A stretch of DNA of 64,000 nt from an uncultured Hormoscilla sp. (GCA_963921275.4 OZ001293.3:480001-544000); one strand, 5' to 3'; shown: positions 12,544 through 24,670, counted from the stretch's first letter. Notes: generated by a model not told the origin, from the letters alone. Made by a program: numbers and translations.

Positions 12544-12737
12544 TGCTGCTCCACCAGTCACCGACTATATTGCTTCTCTATACAAGCATGCCTGCTTTTC
12601 CAGTGTCTCCTGGGAGCGCCTTGAGCACAAAAGAGGAGACACTGGACCGCAGTTGACTGTAGCGACCGCCAGCGCAAATGTCAAGTTATTTAAACTTTTC
12701 TCTCCTAATGGGATGGACCGATCGCAGGCTGCGGTAA

Positions 12738-13046
<309 letters not shown>

Positions 13047-13274
13047 AATCCAGCGCACTGACATCGGTTGGGGGAGCGAATGCTCCCCTGTTTTGTGCGA
13101 GAGCATCTCAATGCAAGAATAGCGCTCGGTCGCCCGTGTTGCGAAGAACGAAGCAATCCGCACTGCGTATAAAGAAACCCTGTTTTTACCCAAAACAGGG
13201 TTTCTGGGCTAGTGTATGTTTGGATAATTTAGGAGAGGAACTTGAAAAGACTCCCTTGTACGAGTTATCGATCG

Positions 13275-13412
13275 CTTTTTTGCCATATATCCAAGCTTTT
13301 TAGTCATATCTTCCAGCGTTTTTGTCACGTATAAGAGCATTTTTGCCATATTTGCCAGACTTTTGACCATATATCCAAGCATATTTGCCATATTTGCCAT
13401 ATTTGTGACCAT
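13275..13412. repeat. Degenerate 21-nt tandem repeat (TTTTGCCATATATCCAAGC-like, about 6 units)
   Basis: 21-nt periodicity; the minus strand reads as heptads MAKMLLY / MTKKLGY. Confidence 0.6.
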
Positions 13413-13726
13413 GTCTGCCTTCGGTCCAGTTGCGGTAGGGTGGGCACCGCCTAGAGCAGGGATAGGTTTTTTACATTTTGGTTTGTTTGAGGGGGTGAAG
13501 GGGTAAGGGAGTGAGAGGGTGAAGGGGATTTTCTGGTAAATATACGTAAGAGTTGTATGGCTGTTTGTGATAAGTGACTGCTCCTACTTTCTCACAAATC
13601 ACGTATTTGCGAGTTCCAGAGCCACTTGTGTCAGGCAGCCAGGGTAATGAGTTGATTCACTCGCCAACTTTTCCGACCCTTAACCTGACAGCTGCTCAAA
13701 TTTTGGCGGCAAAACTGTAACAAAAC

Positions 13727-14647
13727 ATGTATCGGCGAGAGGATTATGTTAGTAAGAAAACTGTGGAGGCGATGAAGATAATGTGGAGATTTAAGTCCAA
13801 AGCGGCTATGAGTTGGCGGTGTGCCCGGGGTAGTGCGAGTAGCGCTCCCCGGGTACACCGGACTGTCGGGATGCTTTGTTTGTGTGTTTTGCTAGTCGGG
13901 TGTGGTACCGAAAATCAGTCGGAGGTGGCCAAAACTAAACAGGTGCGATTAACCATATCGGTTGCTGCTAGTCTCACGGATGCGATGAAAGCGATCGCGC
14001 CCCTGTACCAGCAGCACAACCAGGCGGTTAATATCGACTATAACTTCGCCAGTTCTGGCAGTCTCCAGCGGCAAATTGAACAGGGGGCACCGGTTGATGT
14101 TTTTATCTCTGCTGCTGCCAAGCAAATGGATGCCTTGCAAGCAAAAGGACTTCTACTTGCAGATACTCGCAAAAATATCCTGCGCAACTCTATTGTGTTG
14201 ATCGTACCGAAAACTTCTGCGGCTATTTCTGACTTCCAAGATTTAACCAGCAGCAGGGTGCAGAAAATGTCGATCGGGAAACCGGAAAGCGTCCCCGCTG
14301 GCAGATATGCGCGGGAAGTCCTGAACTCGTTGGAAATGTACGATCGCGCTAAGGGTAAAATTGTTTTTGCCAAAGATGTCCGTCAGGTGCTAGCATATGT
14401 GGAAACGGGAAATGTGGATGGGGGGATAGTCTACCAAACAGATGCGAAAATCTCAGATCGAGTCAAAATTGTGGCGATCGCCCCGGAAAACTCTCATGCA
14501 CCAGTACTCTATCCGGTAGCGGTAATTAAAGACAGTAAAAATGCCGATAATGCTAAGAAATTCGTCCAATTTTTGTCGAGCGATGCAGCGGGGAAGGTGT
14601 TTGCAGAATATGGGTTTACTCGCGTCCAAGAGGTGAAGAGTGAATGA
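13727..14647 (+). CDS. modA: Molybdate ABC transporter substrate-binding protein (true start probably downstream)
   Basis: Lipobox LVGC, VAASLTDA, FASSGSLQRQIEQGAPVDVFISA, VPAGRYA. Confidence 0.93.
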   Translation: MYRREDYVSKKTVEAMKIMWRFKSKAAMSWRCARGSASSAPRVHRTVGMLCLCVLLVGCGTENQSEVAKTKQVRLTISVAASLTDAMKAIAPLYQQHNQAVNIDYNFASSGSLQRQIEQGAPVDVFISAAAKQMDALQAKGLLLADTRKNILRNSIVLIVPKTSAAISDFQDLTSSRVQKMSIGKPESVPAGRYAREVLNSLEMYDRAKGKIVFAKDVRQVLAYVETGNVDGGIVYQTDAKISDRVKIVAIAPENSHAPVLYPVAVIKDSKNADNAKKFVQFLSSDAAGKVFAEYGFTRVQEVKSE

Positions 14648-15487
14648 GCAATAATAGTAATACAGAAAAGATATATTTTGCTGCTGTAGGAGACGTTCAC
14701 GGTCACTTCTACACCATGCTCAACTTGCTGAACAGTTGGGAAACTGAGCATTGCCAATCTCTGGCCTTCGTGCTGCAAGTAGGAGACTTCGAGCCCCACC
14801 GTCACCTAGCTGATATGATGACAATGGATGCTCCCAACAAATACAAGAAAGTCGGTGAGTTTCCCAGTTTTTGGACGGGAAGCGCTACATTTACCCGTCC
14901 AATTTGGTTCATTGGTGGCAATCACGAACCCTACGGCTTTCTGGATCTTACTCCTGGGGGAGCAGAGATCGTATTGTCATTATCTCGGCAGAGTTGGTAG
15001 GGTGGAATTGGCGGGATTTAAGGTGGTTGGAGTTTCGGGCATTTATAAAGAAGAGTTGTTTGGCCAACCTCGTCCTCCCGTCACAGAAATTGACAATCGT
15101 TCCAATTCTGACTATATTGGTTTTATTGCCGCAGACATCGATCGGGTTCTATCCTATGGCAAAACCGATATTCTGCTGCTGCACGAGTGGCCTGCGGATG
15201 CGATCGGGCCAGAAGATCGAGAAAAGTTTGACCCTAGTTGGTACGGAGGGGGCAACGAATATGCTAGAATACTAGTAGAAGAATTACAGCCAAAATTAGT
15301 GCTGTGCGGACATGGGCACAAACGCTATCGTCGCTCAGTTTTTGGAAGCCAAGAAAAACCGAGTTACCTCTGCTGCTTAGGTAAAATAACCCAGGGTAAA
15401 GATGCGATCGCCGTTTTTCAGGCGACACCAGATGGAGAAATCATAGAAGTAACTGATACCAGTTTGCAAAAACAATGCTACAATTAG
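14644..15487 (+). pseudogene. Metallophosphoesterase resembling the RNA lariat debranching enzyme Dbr1; frameshift near 14973
   Basis: GDVHG, GDFE, APNKY, FIGGNHE, YLG, SGIYK, LLHEWP and GHGH are colinear with Dbr1 motifs as I recall them. Confidence 0.75.
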
Positions 15488-15694
15488 TTTAATTTTTTTG
15501 TTGCACAACTAAGGTCTAATAGGGGTTATTAATTGTTGATTGTTGACGGTTAATTGAAATCGTCATAAATTTTCAGATATAGATGTATGAACTATTTTAT
15601 ATCATTTGCGAGTATCATCCCTGTGCAACAATTTTATATTATTAGTCGGTTAAAACCTTCCTTTAGCTATGACGCAGGGGTTTGAACCCTCCCT

Positions 15695-15922
15695 CAATAC
15701 CTCTCGGTTAAGGATATAGGTTGTCATTGCGAGGGGGGGGTACCGTGGCGATATGCTTATGCTCAAGCGAGTTAACCCCCCCATCCCCGTCGCCCCCTAT
15801 GAGATGAAGATCGCTGCGGCCTAGTTGGTGAGATTGCTTCGGGGGGATCCAAGCTTGGATCCCTAAAATGTTTGTTTTGGTTCCTCCCTCGCTCCGGACA
15901 GATTGTTAACCGAGAAGTATTG
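15695..15922. mobile_element. MITE (IS4-like ends)
   Basis: TIR CAATACCTCTCGGTTAA / TTAACCGAGAAGTATTG; flanking duplication GAACCCTCCCT. Confidence 0.85.
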
Positions 15923-16096
15923 GAACCCTCCCTGTCTCCTGAGGAGACAGGGAAGGCGGGCTAACAGCGAAGTGAAAGAATTAGTTTTTTGACGGTAGAA
16001 TATATGAGATAATTAAGAAAAAATTAAATTATCCGGAAGGCAGTCAAAAAACATTGTTAAGAACGATAGGAATAGCCGAGTAGGAGTTAAAGTAAA

Positions 16097-18004
16097 ATGT
16101 GCGGAATAGTGGGCTATATTGGCACCCAAAGGGCAACAGAAATTTTGCTGACAGGATTGGAAAAACTGGAATATCGGGGTTATGATTCCGCTGGCATTGC
16201 CACAGTCTGGAAAGGTAAAATTGACTGCGTCCGGGCGAAAGGCAAACTGCACAATCTGCGAGATAAACTGGTTAATGTGGAAAACGCGGCCCAGATAGGT
16301 ATTGGACATACTCGCTGGGCAACCCACGGCAAACCTGCCGAACACAATGCCCATCCCCATACGGACATGGCCAGACAAGTGGCGGTGGTGCAGAATGGAA
16401 TTGTAGAAAACTATGCTTCGTTGCGTCAAGAACTAAAAGAAAAGGGATACGAGTTTCGTTCGGAGACAGACACGGAAGTTATCCCGAACTTGATCGCCGA
16501 AATTTTATCCACAAACTCCCCATCCACAAACTCCCCATATATATTTCTAGATGCAGTACGACAGGCGGTGAATAGACTGGAAGGGGCCTTCGCGATCGCG
16601 GTTCTGTCTGGGGACTATCCGGACGAATTAATCTTAGCGCGACAACAGGCTCCATTAGTGATTGGATTTGGGCAAGGGGAATTTTTCTGTGCCTCGGATA
16701 CGCCAGCTTTGGTGCCCCATACCCGGGCGGTGTTGCCCCTAAAAAATGGGGAAATGGCGCGTCTAACGCCTTTGGGAGTAGAGGTATATAACTTTGCCGG
16801 GGACAGGCTGAAAAAATATCCCTTCACTCTGAGCTGGAACCCCGTGCAGGTGGAAAAACAGGGATTCAAGCATTTCATGCTCAAGGAAATTCACGAGCAA
16901 CCAGGGGTAGTACGCAATTGTCTGGAGGCTTATTTGCAGACTGAGAAGCACCCCCAAGCAAGGGGTAATTCACCCATCGGCAATCCCGTAAATCTGGGTT
17001 TACCAGAAGAATTATTCCAGGATTTGGAGATGATTCAAATTCTGGCCTGTGGGACGAGTTGGCACGCGGGTCTCGTGGGCAAATACTTGCTGGAACAGTT
17101 GGCGGGGATACCGACGCAAGTGCAATATGCTTCGGAGTTTCGTTACGCGCCGCCGCCGATAACGGCAAATACCCTGACAATAGGGGTGACCCAGTCTGGG
17201 GAAACAGCCGATACTTTGGCAGCTTTGGGTATGGAACAACAGCGACGTGCGGATGGAGAAGCAAAATATCAGTCGCGCATCTTGGGAATTACTAATCGAT
17301 CGAAAAGTTCTCTAGCCCATATGGTGCCTCATATTATTAACACCCATGCGGGAATTGAAATTGGGGTGGCGGCTACAAAAACCTTTGTGGCCCAGTTGAT
17401 GGCCTTTTACTTTCTGGCTCTGGATTTGGCCTATCGGCGTCAGATTAAATCTATCTCGCAGTTGGAAGAAATTATCGATGGTTTGCGCCAGTTGCCCAGG
17501 GAAATTGAATTAATTTTGGAGACTCAGTCTCGCTACATTGAGGAGTTAGCTCGCGAGTTTAACGAAACTAAGTATTTCATCTTTGTGGGGCGAGGAATTA
17601 ATTTTCCTATTGCCCTAGAAGGGGCGCTGAAATTGAAGGAAATTAGTTATATTCACGCGGAAGGCTATCCCGCTGGGGAGATGAAACATGGCCCGATCGC
17701 ATTACTGGATTCTAAAGTGCCGGTGGTGGCGATCGCGATGCCGGGAAGCATTTACGAGAAAGTGCTCTCGAATGCCCAGGAAGCGAAGGCGCGGGATGCC
17801 CGTTTAATTGGGGTAACGCCGAAGGACGAGCCGCTTGCGGCAGAAATATTTGACGACTTGTTAGCAGTGCCGATGGTAGAGGAAATATTGTCACCAATCT
17901 TGACAGTAATTCCGCTACAATTATTAGCATATAACATTGCGGCGCTGCGGGGATTGGATGTGGATCAGCCGAGGAATTTGGCCAAGTCTGTGACTGTAGA
18001 ATAG
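16097..18004 (+). CDS. glmS: Glutamine--fructose-6-phosphate transaminase
   Basis: MCGIVG, GHTRWATHG, SQSGETADT-like motif, PRNLAKSVTVE. Confidence 0.98.
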   Translation: MCGIVGYIGTQRATEILLTGLEKLEYRGYDSAGIATVWKGKIDCVRAKGKLHNLRDKLVNVENAAQIGIGHTRWATHGKPAEHNAHPHTDMARQVAVVQNGIVENYASLRQELKEKGYEFRSETDTEVIPNLIAEILSTNSPSTNSPYIFLDAVRQAVNRLEGAFAIAVLSGDYPDELILARQQAPLVIGFGQGEFFCASDTPALVPHTRAVLPLKNGEMARLTPLGVEVYNFAGDRLKKYPFTLSWNPVQVEKQGFKHFMLKEIHEQPGVVRNCLEAYLQTEKHPQARGNSPIGNPVNLGLPEELFQDLEMIQILACGTSWHAGLVGKYLLEQLAGIPTQVQYASEFRYAPPPITANTLTIGVTQSGETADTLAALGMEQQRRADGEAKYQSRILGITNRSKSSLAHMVPHIINTHAGIEIGVAATKTFVAQLMAFYFLALDLAYRRQIKSISQLEEIIDGLRQLPREIELILETQSRYIEELAREFNETKYFIFVGRGINFPIALEGALKLKEISYIHAEGYPAGEMKHGPIALLDSKVPVVAIAMPGSIYEKVLSNAQEAKARDARLIGVTPKDEPLAAEIFDDLLAVPMVEEILSPILTVIPLQLLAYNIAALRGLDVDQPRNLAKSVTVE

Positions 18005-18163
18005 ATAACAGCCGCCCGCCCCCGCCGCCCCAACCCCGCCGCCCCCGCCGCCCCAACCCTAAAGGGTGGGGCTAATTGAACAAAGCCTGCCTGCGCAGGC
18101 TGAAGCAGGAATCAGGATATGATAATTAGGACGCATGTTAATGTAAGAAAGGAGTAACCGGTT

Positions 18164-18400
18164 ATGAAGGGAGCCATGAAGCCAGAACGAGAGGGCGATC
18201 GCATTTACAAAGGGCGCTTTGAAGAACTGAAAAGAGAGGTAATGATTGGAATAAAAGCATCGTCACGGGGTGAGGTAGTAGATGGAGAGACGGCAATTCA
18301 AGAAATTCGGCAGAAGCTCGATCTTCGTTGCCAAGAAGCGTCGGGAGAACATCCGAGGCGGCGCAGTTGGGCAAATTCCGGGGCAAGAAGCATTAGCTGA
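18164..18400 (+). pseudogene. ParD-like antitoxin C-terminal remnant
   Basis: YKGRFEELKREV...RGEVVDGE resembles cyanobacterial ParD tails; N-terminal RHH domain missing. Confidence 0.5.
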
Positions 18401-18851
18401 GGTGAGGCGACTGGTGGCGCAATGCTGAGGCGGTCTATCCTGAAGAAGGACCGGTGCAAGTAGCAGGTCAGCTTCTACCTGGAGAATGTTAAGATTCTTT
18501 GCGAAAAGTTGACAGTAGCAGAATTGACGGGTTAAAGTTGTGTTGATGCATCATAAGCCTGGGTAAAAACGCAGGAGAATATGTCTAGTTGGGGCTTGTT
18601 CAATGGCGGCGCAGTTGGGCAAATTCCGGGGCAAGAAGCATTAGCTGAGGTGAGGCGACTGGTGGCGCAATGCTGAGGCGGTCTATCACGAGAAGGACCG
18701 GTGCAAGTAGCAGGTCAGCTTCTACCTGGAGAATGTTAAGATTCTTTGCGAAAAGTTGACAGTAGCAGAATTGACGGGTTAAAGTTGTGTTGATGCATCA
18801 TAAGCCTGGGTGAAAACGCGGGAGAATAGGTCTAGTTGGGACTTGTTCAAT
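18357..18851. repeat. About 248-bp direct tandem duplication (18357-18604 / 18605-18851)
   Basis: Two near-identical copies beginning GGCGGCGCAGTTGGGCAAATTCC. Confidence 0.92.
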
Positions 18852-18900
18852 ATTTCAGCGTTTAATAGTCGGGAGAATTAAGATTCAGGAGGTCATTCCA

Positions 18901-20489
18901 ATGTCTGATAACTACTTCTTCATTGAAGATTTAATTTATAAGATAAAAATGGGTATAATTAGAATTCCATCTTTCCAAAGAGGTTTTGTTTGGGATCGGG
19001 ATAGAGTTCGCAACTTTATAGACAGTATATATAAAGGGTTTCCTTTTGGGTCCGTATTAATATGGCGAACAAAAACTCCCCTAAGAACAGAAAGAAATCT
19101 TGGGCCTTATAAGCTGCCTGATAACGAACCAGAATATCCGATAGATTATGTTCTAGATGGTCAACAAAGAATCACATCTATTTTTGGTATATTTCAGAAC
19201 AGTATAGATCTAGAAAAAAATGAGAATACTGATTGGACATATCTGTACTTTGAAATCAATAGTCAGGACTCTATTCCTTTTTGTTACCTAGAAAGTAATG
19301 AAGACCATGACATGCACAAATATTTTCCGTTAAAGTATGTATTTGACTCTCGTAAATACAGAAATGTTACTCGACATATAGAGGAAGAATATGCAGAAAA
19401 AATAGACGAGTTAGTTGATAAGTTTAAAAAAGCCAATATACCGATTTAACGCTTTGAGACGGAAGAAAGAAACTATGTCGCAACTGTTTTTGAAAGAATT
19501 AATCGGCAGGGTTTGGAATTAAATACATTTGAATTATTGTCAGTGTGGAATTGGAGCGAAGATTTCGACCTGCAAGAAAAGTTTCGAGAAATTTTAGAGA
19601 GACTAGAATACTTTGATTTCAACGAAAGCAAATCAGATTTGCTTCTCAAATGTTGCTCTGCTGTGATAAAAAATAGTGCAGATCCTAAAGATTTTTTAGA
19701 CATGCGTAGCGATGAAGTAAGAGAAAAATTTAATGAAATAAAAACAGGAATATTTAGAGCTATAGATTTTCTCGAAAAAGAGCTGAGAGTTTTTTCTTTG
19801 AAACTACTACCTATGGAAAATATATTAATCGTTCTTTCTTCTTTATTTGCTGCTTCCAAAAAGCAGCCAGATCCTATACATCAAAAGCAATATGAATGTA
19901 TAAATAAGTGGTTTTGGCGTTCATGCTTTTCTGAAAGATATGCGAGAGGAGGAAAAAATATTGAAGTAGATCTGAAGGAGATCCAGAAACTGAAAAATGG
20001 TCGGGATAGTGACCTAGGAGAATTTAATATAGATATAGATAAAAATTACTTTCTGCGGAATAATTTGAGAATGAATACAATTGCTACAAAAACTTTTATT
20101 CTTATATTAGCAGATAAGGAACCTTTGAATTTTATTCAGGAAAAAAAATATCTTTAGATAATGTTTTGTCCCAAGGTAACAGAAAGGAATTCCATCATAT
20201 TTTCCCTAAAGCTTATCTACAGGGCCTAAAGGAGTATAATGACAATCAAATAAACTGCTTGGCAAATTTTTGTATTCTTTCAAGAACAGACAATAACAAA
20301 ATTAAGGATCGTCCTCCAAGTGAATATATATCCGAAATATCTAAAGACAATCAAAAGAAAATATTGGAAAGTCATTTCTGTTTTGAAGTTATTAAGGAAC
20401 TATTAAAGAATGATTTTGAAAGTTTTCTATATCAAAGAGCAAGTTTACTTTGTAAAAGAGCGCGGGAGTTGTCACAACTGCCGAACTGA
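18901..20489 (+). pseudogene. GmrSD-like (DUF262 + HNH/DUF1524-like) modification-dependent restriction nuclease; stop at 19447 and frameshift near 20150
   Basis: IPSFQRGFVW, LDGQQR, FERIN, EFHHIFP...INCLANF; AT-rich. Confidence 0.8.
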
Positions 20490-20564
20490 AAAGTGAGAAA
20501 GGTAAGCGAACTTCCTGAAATTAGCTTAAAATAGACATAGTTGCCTAGCAATTGCTTTACTCCT

Positions 20565-21248
20565 ATGGTTGTAAGTACCATCATCGACCTACCCCCTCTC
20601 GAAAGCGGCGATCGCCTGACAAGGGCTGAGTTCGAGCGTCGCTACACCGCATCTACAGACATTAAAAAAGCCGAACTGATTGAAGGAGTTGTATACGTGG
20701 CTTCCCCCGTCCGCGCGAGAAGACATTCCAGGCCCCACGCAATGATAATCCATTGGTTGGGAGAATATTGTGTAGCGACACCTGGCGTAGATTTACATGA
20801 TAACGCCACTGTCCACCTGGATGCCAATAACGAGCCTCAACCCGATGCCTTATTGCGCATCGAACCAGAAGTAGGGGGCAACTCTTTCATAAGTGAAGAT
20901 GACTACATTGAGGGTGCGCCAGAACTGATTGCCGAAATTGCAGCCAGCAGCGCCGCCTACGATCTGAATGACAAACTCAATGCCTATCGTCGCAATGGCG
21001 TACTTGAATATATTGTCTGGCAAACCTATGAGAACAGAGTTGATTGGTTCGCACTGCAAGCAGGCCGCTACGTCCCGATCTTGCCCGATGATAATTCCAT
21101 TATCGCTAGTCGAGTCTTCCCTGGTTTGTGGTTGTCCGTAGAGGCCCTGCGCCAAGGCGATCGCCGGAAGTTAAAGGCCGTTTTGCAGTCAGGTTTGCAA
21201 ACAGAGGCGCATCAAGAATTTGTTCGAGTACAACTGAAAGCCTTGTAG
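20565..21248 (+). CDS. Uma2 family endonuclease
   Basis: LESGDRLTRAEFERRY, AELIEGVVY, EPQPDALL, GAPELIAEIA. Confidence 0.9.
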   Translation: MVVSTIIDLPPLESGDRLTRAEFERRYTASTDIKKAELIEGVVYVASPVRARRHSRPHAMIIHWLGEYCVATPGVDLHDNATVHLDANNEPQPDALLRIEPEVGGNSFISEDDYIEGAPELIAEIAASSAAYDLNDKLNAYRRNGVLEYIVWQTYENRVDWFALQAGRYVPILPDDNSIIASRVFPGLWLSVEALRQGDRRKLKAVLQSGLQTEAHQEFVRVQLKAL

Positions 21249-21257
21249 AGAAAGCCT

Positions 21258-21452
21258 TTAGTCCACTGGAAATTCAAGGCAGGCGAGAATGTCTTACTCT
21301 GTGAGTTCAGGAAAGTCCTCTAAAATCTCAGCATGAGACATTCCGGCTGCCAACCAGCCAAGCACGTCATAAACAGTGATACGCATACGCCGGATACAAG
21401 GCTTACCGCCTCGCTTATCCGGCTCAATTGTAATCAGGTCGCGATAGCTCAT
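21258..21452 (-). pseudogene. DUF433 family antitoxin-like protein, premature TAA
   Basis: Manual translation MSYRDLITIEPDKRGGKPCIRRMRITVYDVLGWLAAGMS...EDFPELTE*DILAC. Confidence 0.8.
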
Positions 21453-21501
21453 GGCCCATAGATGTTTAGGATCTAGTCTAGCTTAACACATCACGGCACT
21501 T

Positions 21502-21909
21502 ATGAATTTTGAACAGATTTGGCAGCAGTATGACTTTACCGAAGCTGAGTTGTTAAACATGGGTTGGCAACTCCCTGGCGATTACCTCCTGCATTTGAAC
21601 TATTATTGGGACGAATGGGGACAGGTGAGCGATCGCTCACGCCCCCTGACAGTAATTCTACTCGACTGCACTCGTCTCACCGTGCAGTTGAACCCGACGC
21701 GCCCAAAGTCAGGTTATCCATCTCACCTAGGAACCATCGTCGGTTGGGGCTTAGTCTCGCCGTCAGAGTGGTGGCTTCGTCAGCAACTTTCTGAGGACTT
21801 GTGGCTGCATTTGCGCTTTGAAATCGGTAGCGATAGCTTTATTGAAGCCCTCTGTCGTTCTCTAGCAGTTCAGCAGCAGGAATTTGCCCTTTCAGTTAGC
21901 AGTGCTTAA
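21502..21909 (+). CDS. Hypothetical protein
   Basis: 135-aa ORF with ATG start filling the intergenic space. Confidence 0.6.
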   Translation: MNFEQIWQQYDFTEAELLNMGWQLPGDYLLHLNYYWDEWGQVSDRSRPLTVILLDCTRLTVQLNPTRPKSGYPSHLGTIVGWGLVSPSEWWLRQQLSEDLWLHLRFEIGSDSFIEALCRSLAVQQQEFALSVSSA

Positions 21910-21935
21910 CAGCCTCAGATCCTACCCATGCTTGC

Positions 21936-22568
21936 TTAGTCATTAATTGCTAATTGACTGAGGCGTTTAAGAATGCTCAAAACCCGATACAAATCATTCC
22001 CGGGGTTGCGTAGGGAAAATTCAGCAGAAGTAGCGTATCGTGGTACTTCACCTTTGACTAATTTGATGAAAATGAACGTGCCTCCAGTGGCGATCGTGCC
22101 AAAGCAAGGTTTCTCTAGATCGGGGTTGGCCAGCATATAAGCTATAATTTGTGGGAGTCCAGCCTCGATCGAGAAGCTAGCCCGTTTGGACTCGATTACC
22201 ATTACCCACAATTGCTCTTGCAAAACTAGGGTGTCAATGCTACCCTTGATTACCACTTCTTCATCAGACACTGAAATCTCTATAGGATGTTCTGCTTTGA
22301 AGTGAAAAGGCGGAAGATAGAATTCCCCGATAAAGACAAGAGGGGAGACGATCGCTATGTTGACTGGCTTTTCGAGGAAAGGAGTTTTTCTAATCAAATT
22401 AAAATATCCAGCTTTTACCCGGTCTAACAGTTGTTTTTGCGAGTCGGTAATTTCTGGCAAGTTGTCTTGCCACTCGCGGAAAAATTGGTCATCGTCAACT
22501 AGCTGAAGGTGAAATATACGTTCTAAGTCGTCCAGGGTGACGTCTTTAGCTGAAATTGTTTCTGCCAT
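21936..22568 (-). CDS. HSDR_N-like / PD-(D/E)xK restriction endonuclease-like protein
   Basis: KGSIDTLVL...VIESKR...GLPQIIAYM, a typical cyanobacterial family. Confidence 0.75.
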   Translation of the reverse strand: MAETISAKDVTLDDLERIFHLQLVDDDQFFREWQDNLPEITDSQKQLLDRVKAGYFNLIRKTPFLEKPVNIAIVSPLVFIGEFYLPPFHFKAEHPIEISVSDEEVVIKGSIDTLVLQEQLWVMVIESKRASFSIEAGLPQIIAYMLANPDLEKPCFGTIATGGTFIFIKLVKGEVPRYATSAEFSLRNPGNDLYRVLSILKRLSQLAIND

Positions 22569-22647
22569 AGTTGTGATTTGTCAGATGTTATGAATTAATA
22601 GTCCGATCGAGGAATATTATTGTCTGATCGGGAATGGTGCTCCGACA

Positions 22648-22914
22648 TTAGGTATTTTCCTGCTGTATCCCATGCTTGTCAAGTGAAACAGGGGAAAAAT
22701 TTCCCCACATCTCGCGACGTGCTTCAGTGATATCTGCTGCTGTAATCTTAATTCCCAAGTCAGCACACAACCCTTTGATGCTGCGACGCGGGCGCGAATA
22801 ATTACTCTTTTGCACGAGAAACTCCGCAAAGTCCAACAATTACTGTTGTTTGTCTGGGGGCAATTGTAGCAGTTTTTCTAATACTGCTTGCTGAATGTCT
22901 GTGGTTTTTATCAT
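22648..22914 (-). pseudogene. DUF2281-like antitoxin with in-frame stop at 22840
   Basis: LEKLLQLPPDKQQ*LLDFAEFL...EARREMWGNF. Confidence 0.7.
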
Positions 22915-23014
22915 TTTGATTACCGCTGTCCCACCCAAAAACTCCGATCGCCCCGGCGGGGTAACTACTGCAAACAGTGGTAAGCTAGTTGAGGAGTTTT
23001 GTAACAATCGGACT

Positions 23015-24250
23015 ATGGCAAAGATCAACGATAACTACCTGAAGCTCAAAGCTGGCTACCTGTTTCCCGAAATTGCTCGCCGGGTAAATGCCTTTGCTCA
23101 GGCCAATCCTGATGCTCAGATTATCAAGCTGGGTATCGGCGACGTGACTGAACCCCTACCAGAAGCCTGCTGCACCGCCATGATGAAGGCAGTTCAAGAC
23201 ATGGGCGATCGGGCCACCTTCAAAGGCTACGGTCCCGAACAGGGCTACCCCTGGTTGCGGGCAAAAATTGCCGCTAGTGACTTCCAAGCCCGGGGATGCG
23301 ACATCGATGCTTCGGAAATCTTCATCTCCGACGGTTCCAAGTGCGACACGGGCAACATTCTCGATATCTTTGGCCATGATAATGCGATCGCCATTACTGA
23401 TCCCGTATATCCAGTATACCTCGACACTAACGTAATGGCAGGCAATACTGGACCCGGCAACGATGCAGGCAAGTATGAGGGTATACGGTATCTGCCCATT
23501 ACCGCAGACAACAACTTTACCGCCGAGATTCCCTCAGAGAACGTCGATCTGATTTACCTATGCTTCCCCAATAACCCTACTGGGGCAACGGCGACCAAAT
23601 CAGATCTGAAAGCGTGGGTAGACTATGCTAACGCTAATGGTTCGATCGTTTTCTTCGATGCCGCCTACGAAGCTTTCATCACAGATCCGGATCTGCCCCA
23701 TTCTATCTATGAAATTGACGGGGCCAAATCATGCGCGATCGAGTTTCGTTCCTTCTCCAAAAATGCCGGGTTTACGGGTACTCGCTGTGCCCTAACGGTA
23801 GTACCCAAGACCCTCACGGCGAAAGCAGCGGATGGTTCTGATGTAGAATTGTGGAAGCTGTGGAACCGCCGTCATTGCACCAAGTTCAATGGCGTATCAT
23901 ACATCGTGCAACGGGGGGCAGAAGCGGTCTATACTGAAGCAGGACAGGCACAAATCAAAGCATTAGTCAGTTTCTATCTGGAGAATGCTAAGATTATTTG
24001 TGCTAAATTAACAGCAGCAGGATTGAAAGTTTATGGCTGCGTGAATGCACCTTACGTCTGGGTGCAGACCCCTGCTGGTTTGTCCAGTTGGGATTTCTTC
24101 GATAAGCTGTTGCATAACTGCAATGTGGTAGGAACGCCCGGTTCGGGGTTTGGTGCCGCAGGGGAAGGTTACTTCCGCATTTCGGCGTTTAATAGTCGGG
24201 AGAATGTAGAAGAGGCGACGCAGCGGATCACCGAGAAGTTTAAAGTGTAG
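23015..24250 (+). CDS. dapL: LL-diaminopimelate aminotransferase
   Basis: [40 protein letters not shown]. Confidence 0.97.
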   Translation: MAKINDNYLKLKAGYLFPEIARRVNAFAQANPDAQIIKLGIGDVTEPLPEACCTAMMKAVQDMGDRATFKGYGPEQGYPWLRAKIAASDFQARGCDIDASEIFISDGSKCDTGNILDIFGHDNAIAITDPVYPVYLDTNVMAGNTGPGNDAGKYEGIRYLPITADNNFTAEIPSENVDLIYLCFPNNPTGATATKSDLKAWVDYANANGSIVFFDAAYEAFITDPDLPHSIYEIDGAKSCAIEFRSFSKNAGFTGTRCALTVVPKTLTAKAADGSDVELWKLWNRRHCTKFNGVSYIVQRGAEAVYTEAGQAQIKALVSFYLENAKIICAKLTAAGLKVYGCVNAPYVWVQTPAGLSSWDFFDKLLHNCNVVGTPGSGFGAAGEGYFRISAFNSRENVEEATQRITEKFKV

Positions 24251-24317
24251 AGATTGGGGTGGGCGATGCCCACCCATCCATTGGCAGGCAATTCGATCTA
24301 TGAAATTAAAGTGATAT

Positions 24318-24644
24318 GTGATGTTAACCTGTAACTATCGTGTATTTCAAGAAGCAAACGGCGATTACATTATTCGGGAAGTATTCTATGCAGAGAATGG
24401 CTCGATTCTCGCCTGCACGGAAAATGCAGTTGAACCCTGGGGGCGATCGCCAGAAGAATTAGCCAAAGATATTGAGTCCTTCCAGGAAGCATTAATGCTG
24501 CCCGTATTAACTCTAGCTGATATTCCGACCGATCGAAGTTATCAGAAGCACGAGGGCAAAAACAACATCTCCCGCGAGCAACTCATGGCTGAACTCGGCT
24601 TAAGTCATCTATCACTAACGAGTCTTGGCGATGAAACATCGTAG
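24318..24644 (+). CDS. Hypothetical protein
   Basis: 108-aa ORF. Confidence 0.55.
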   Translation: MMLTCNYRVFQEANGDYIIREVFYAENGSILACTENAVEPWGRSPEELAKDIESFQEALMLPVLTLADIPTDRSYQKHEGKNNISREQLMAELGLSHLSLTSLGDETS

Positions 24645-24670
24645 TATGACAAAATCGGAACGGAGGTATT

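Noticed and set aside
15934..16096. glmS ribozyme upstream of glmS
   Set aside because: Core motif not recognisable; the leader is occupied by a MITE and a REP-like hairpin
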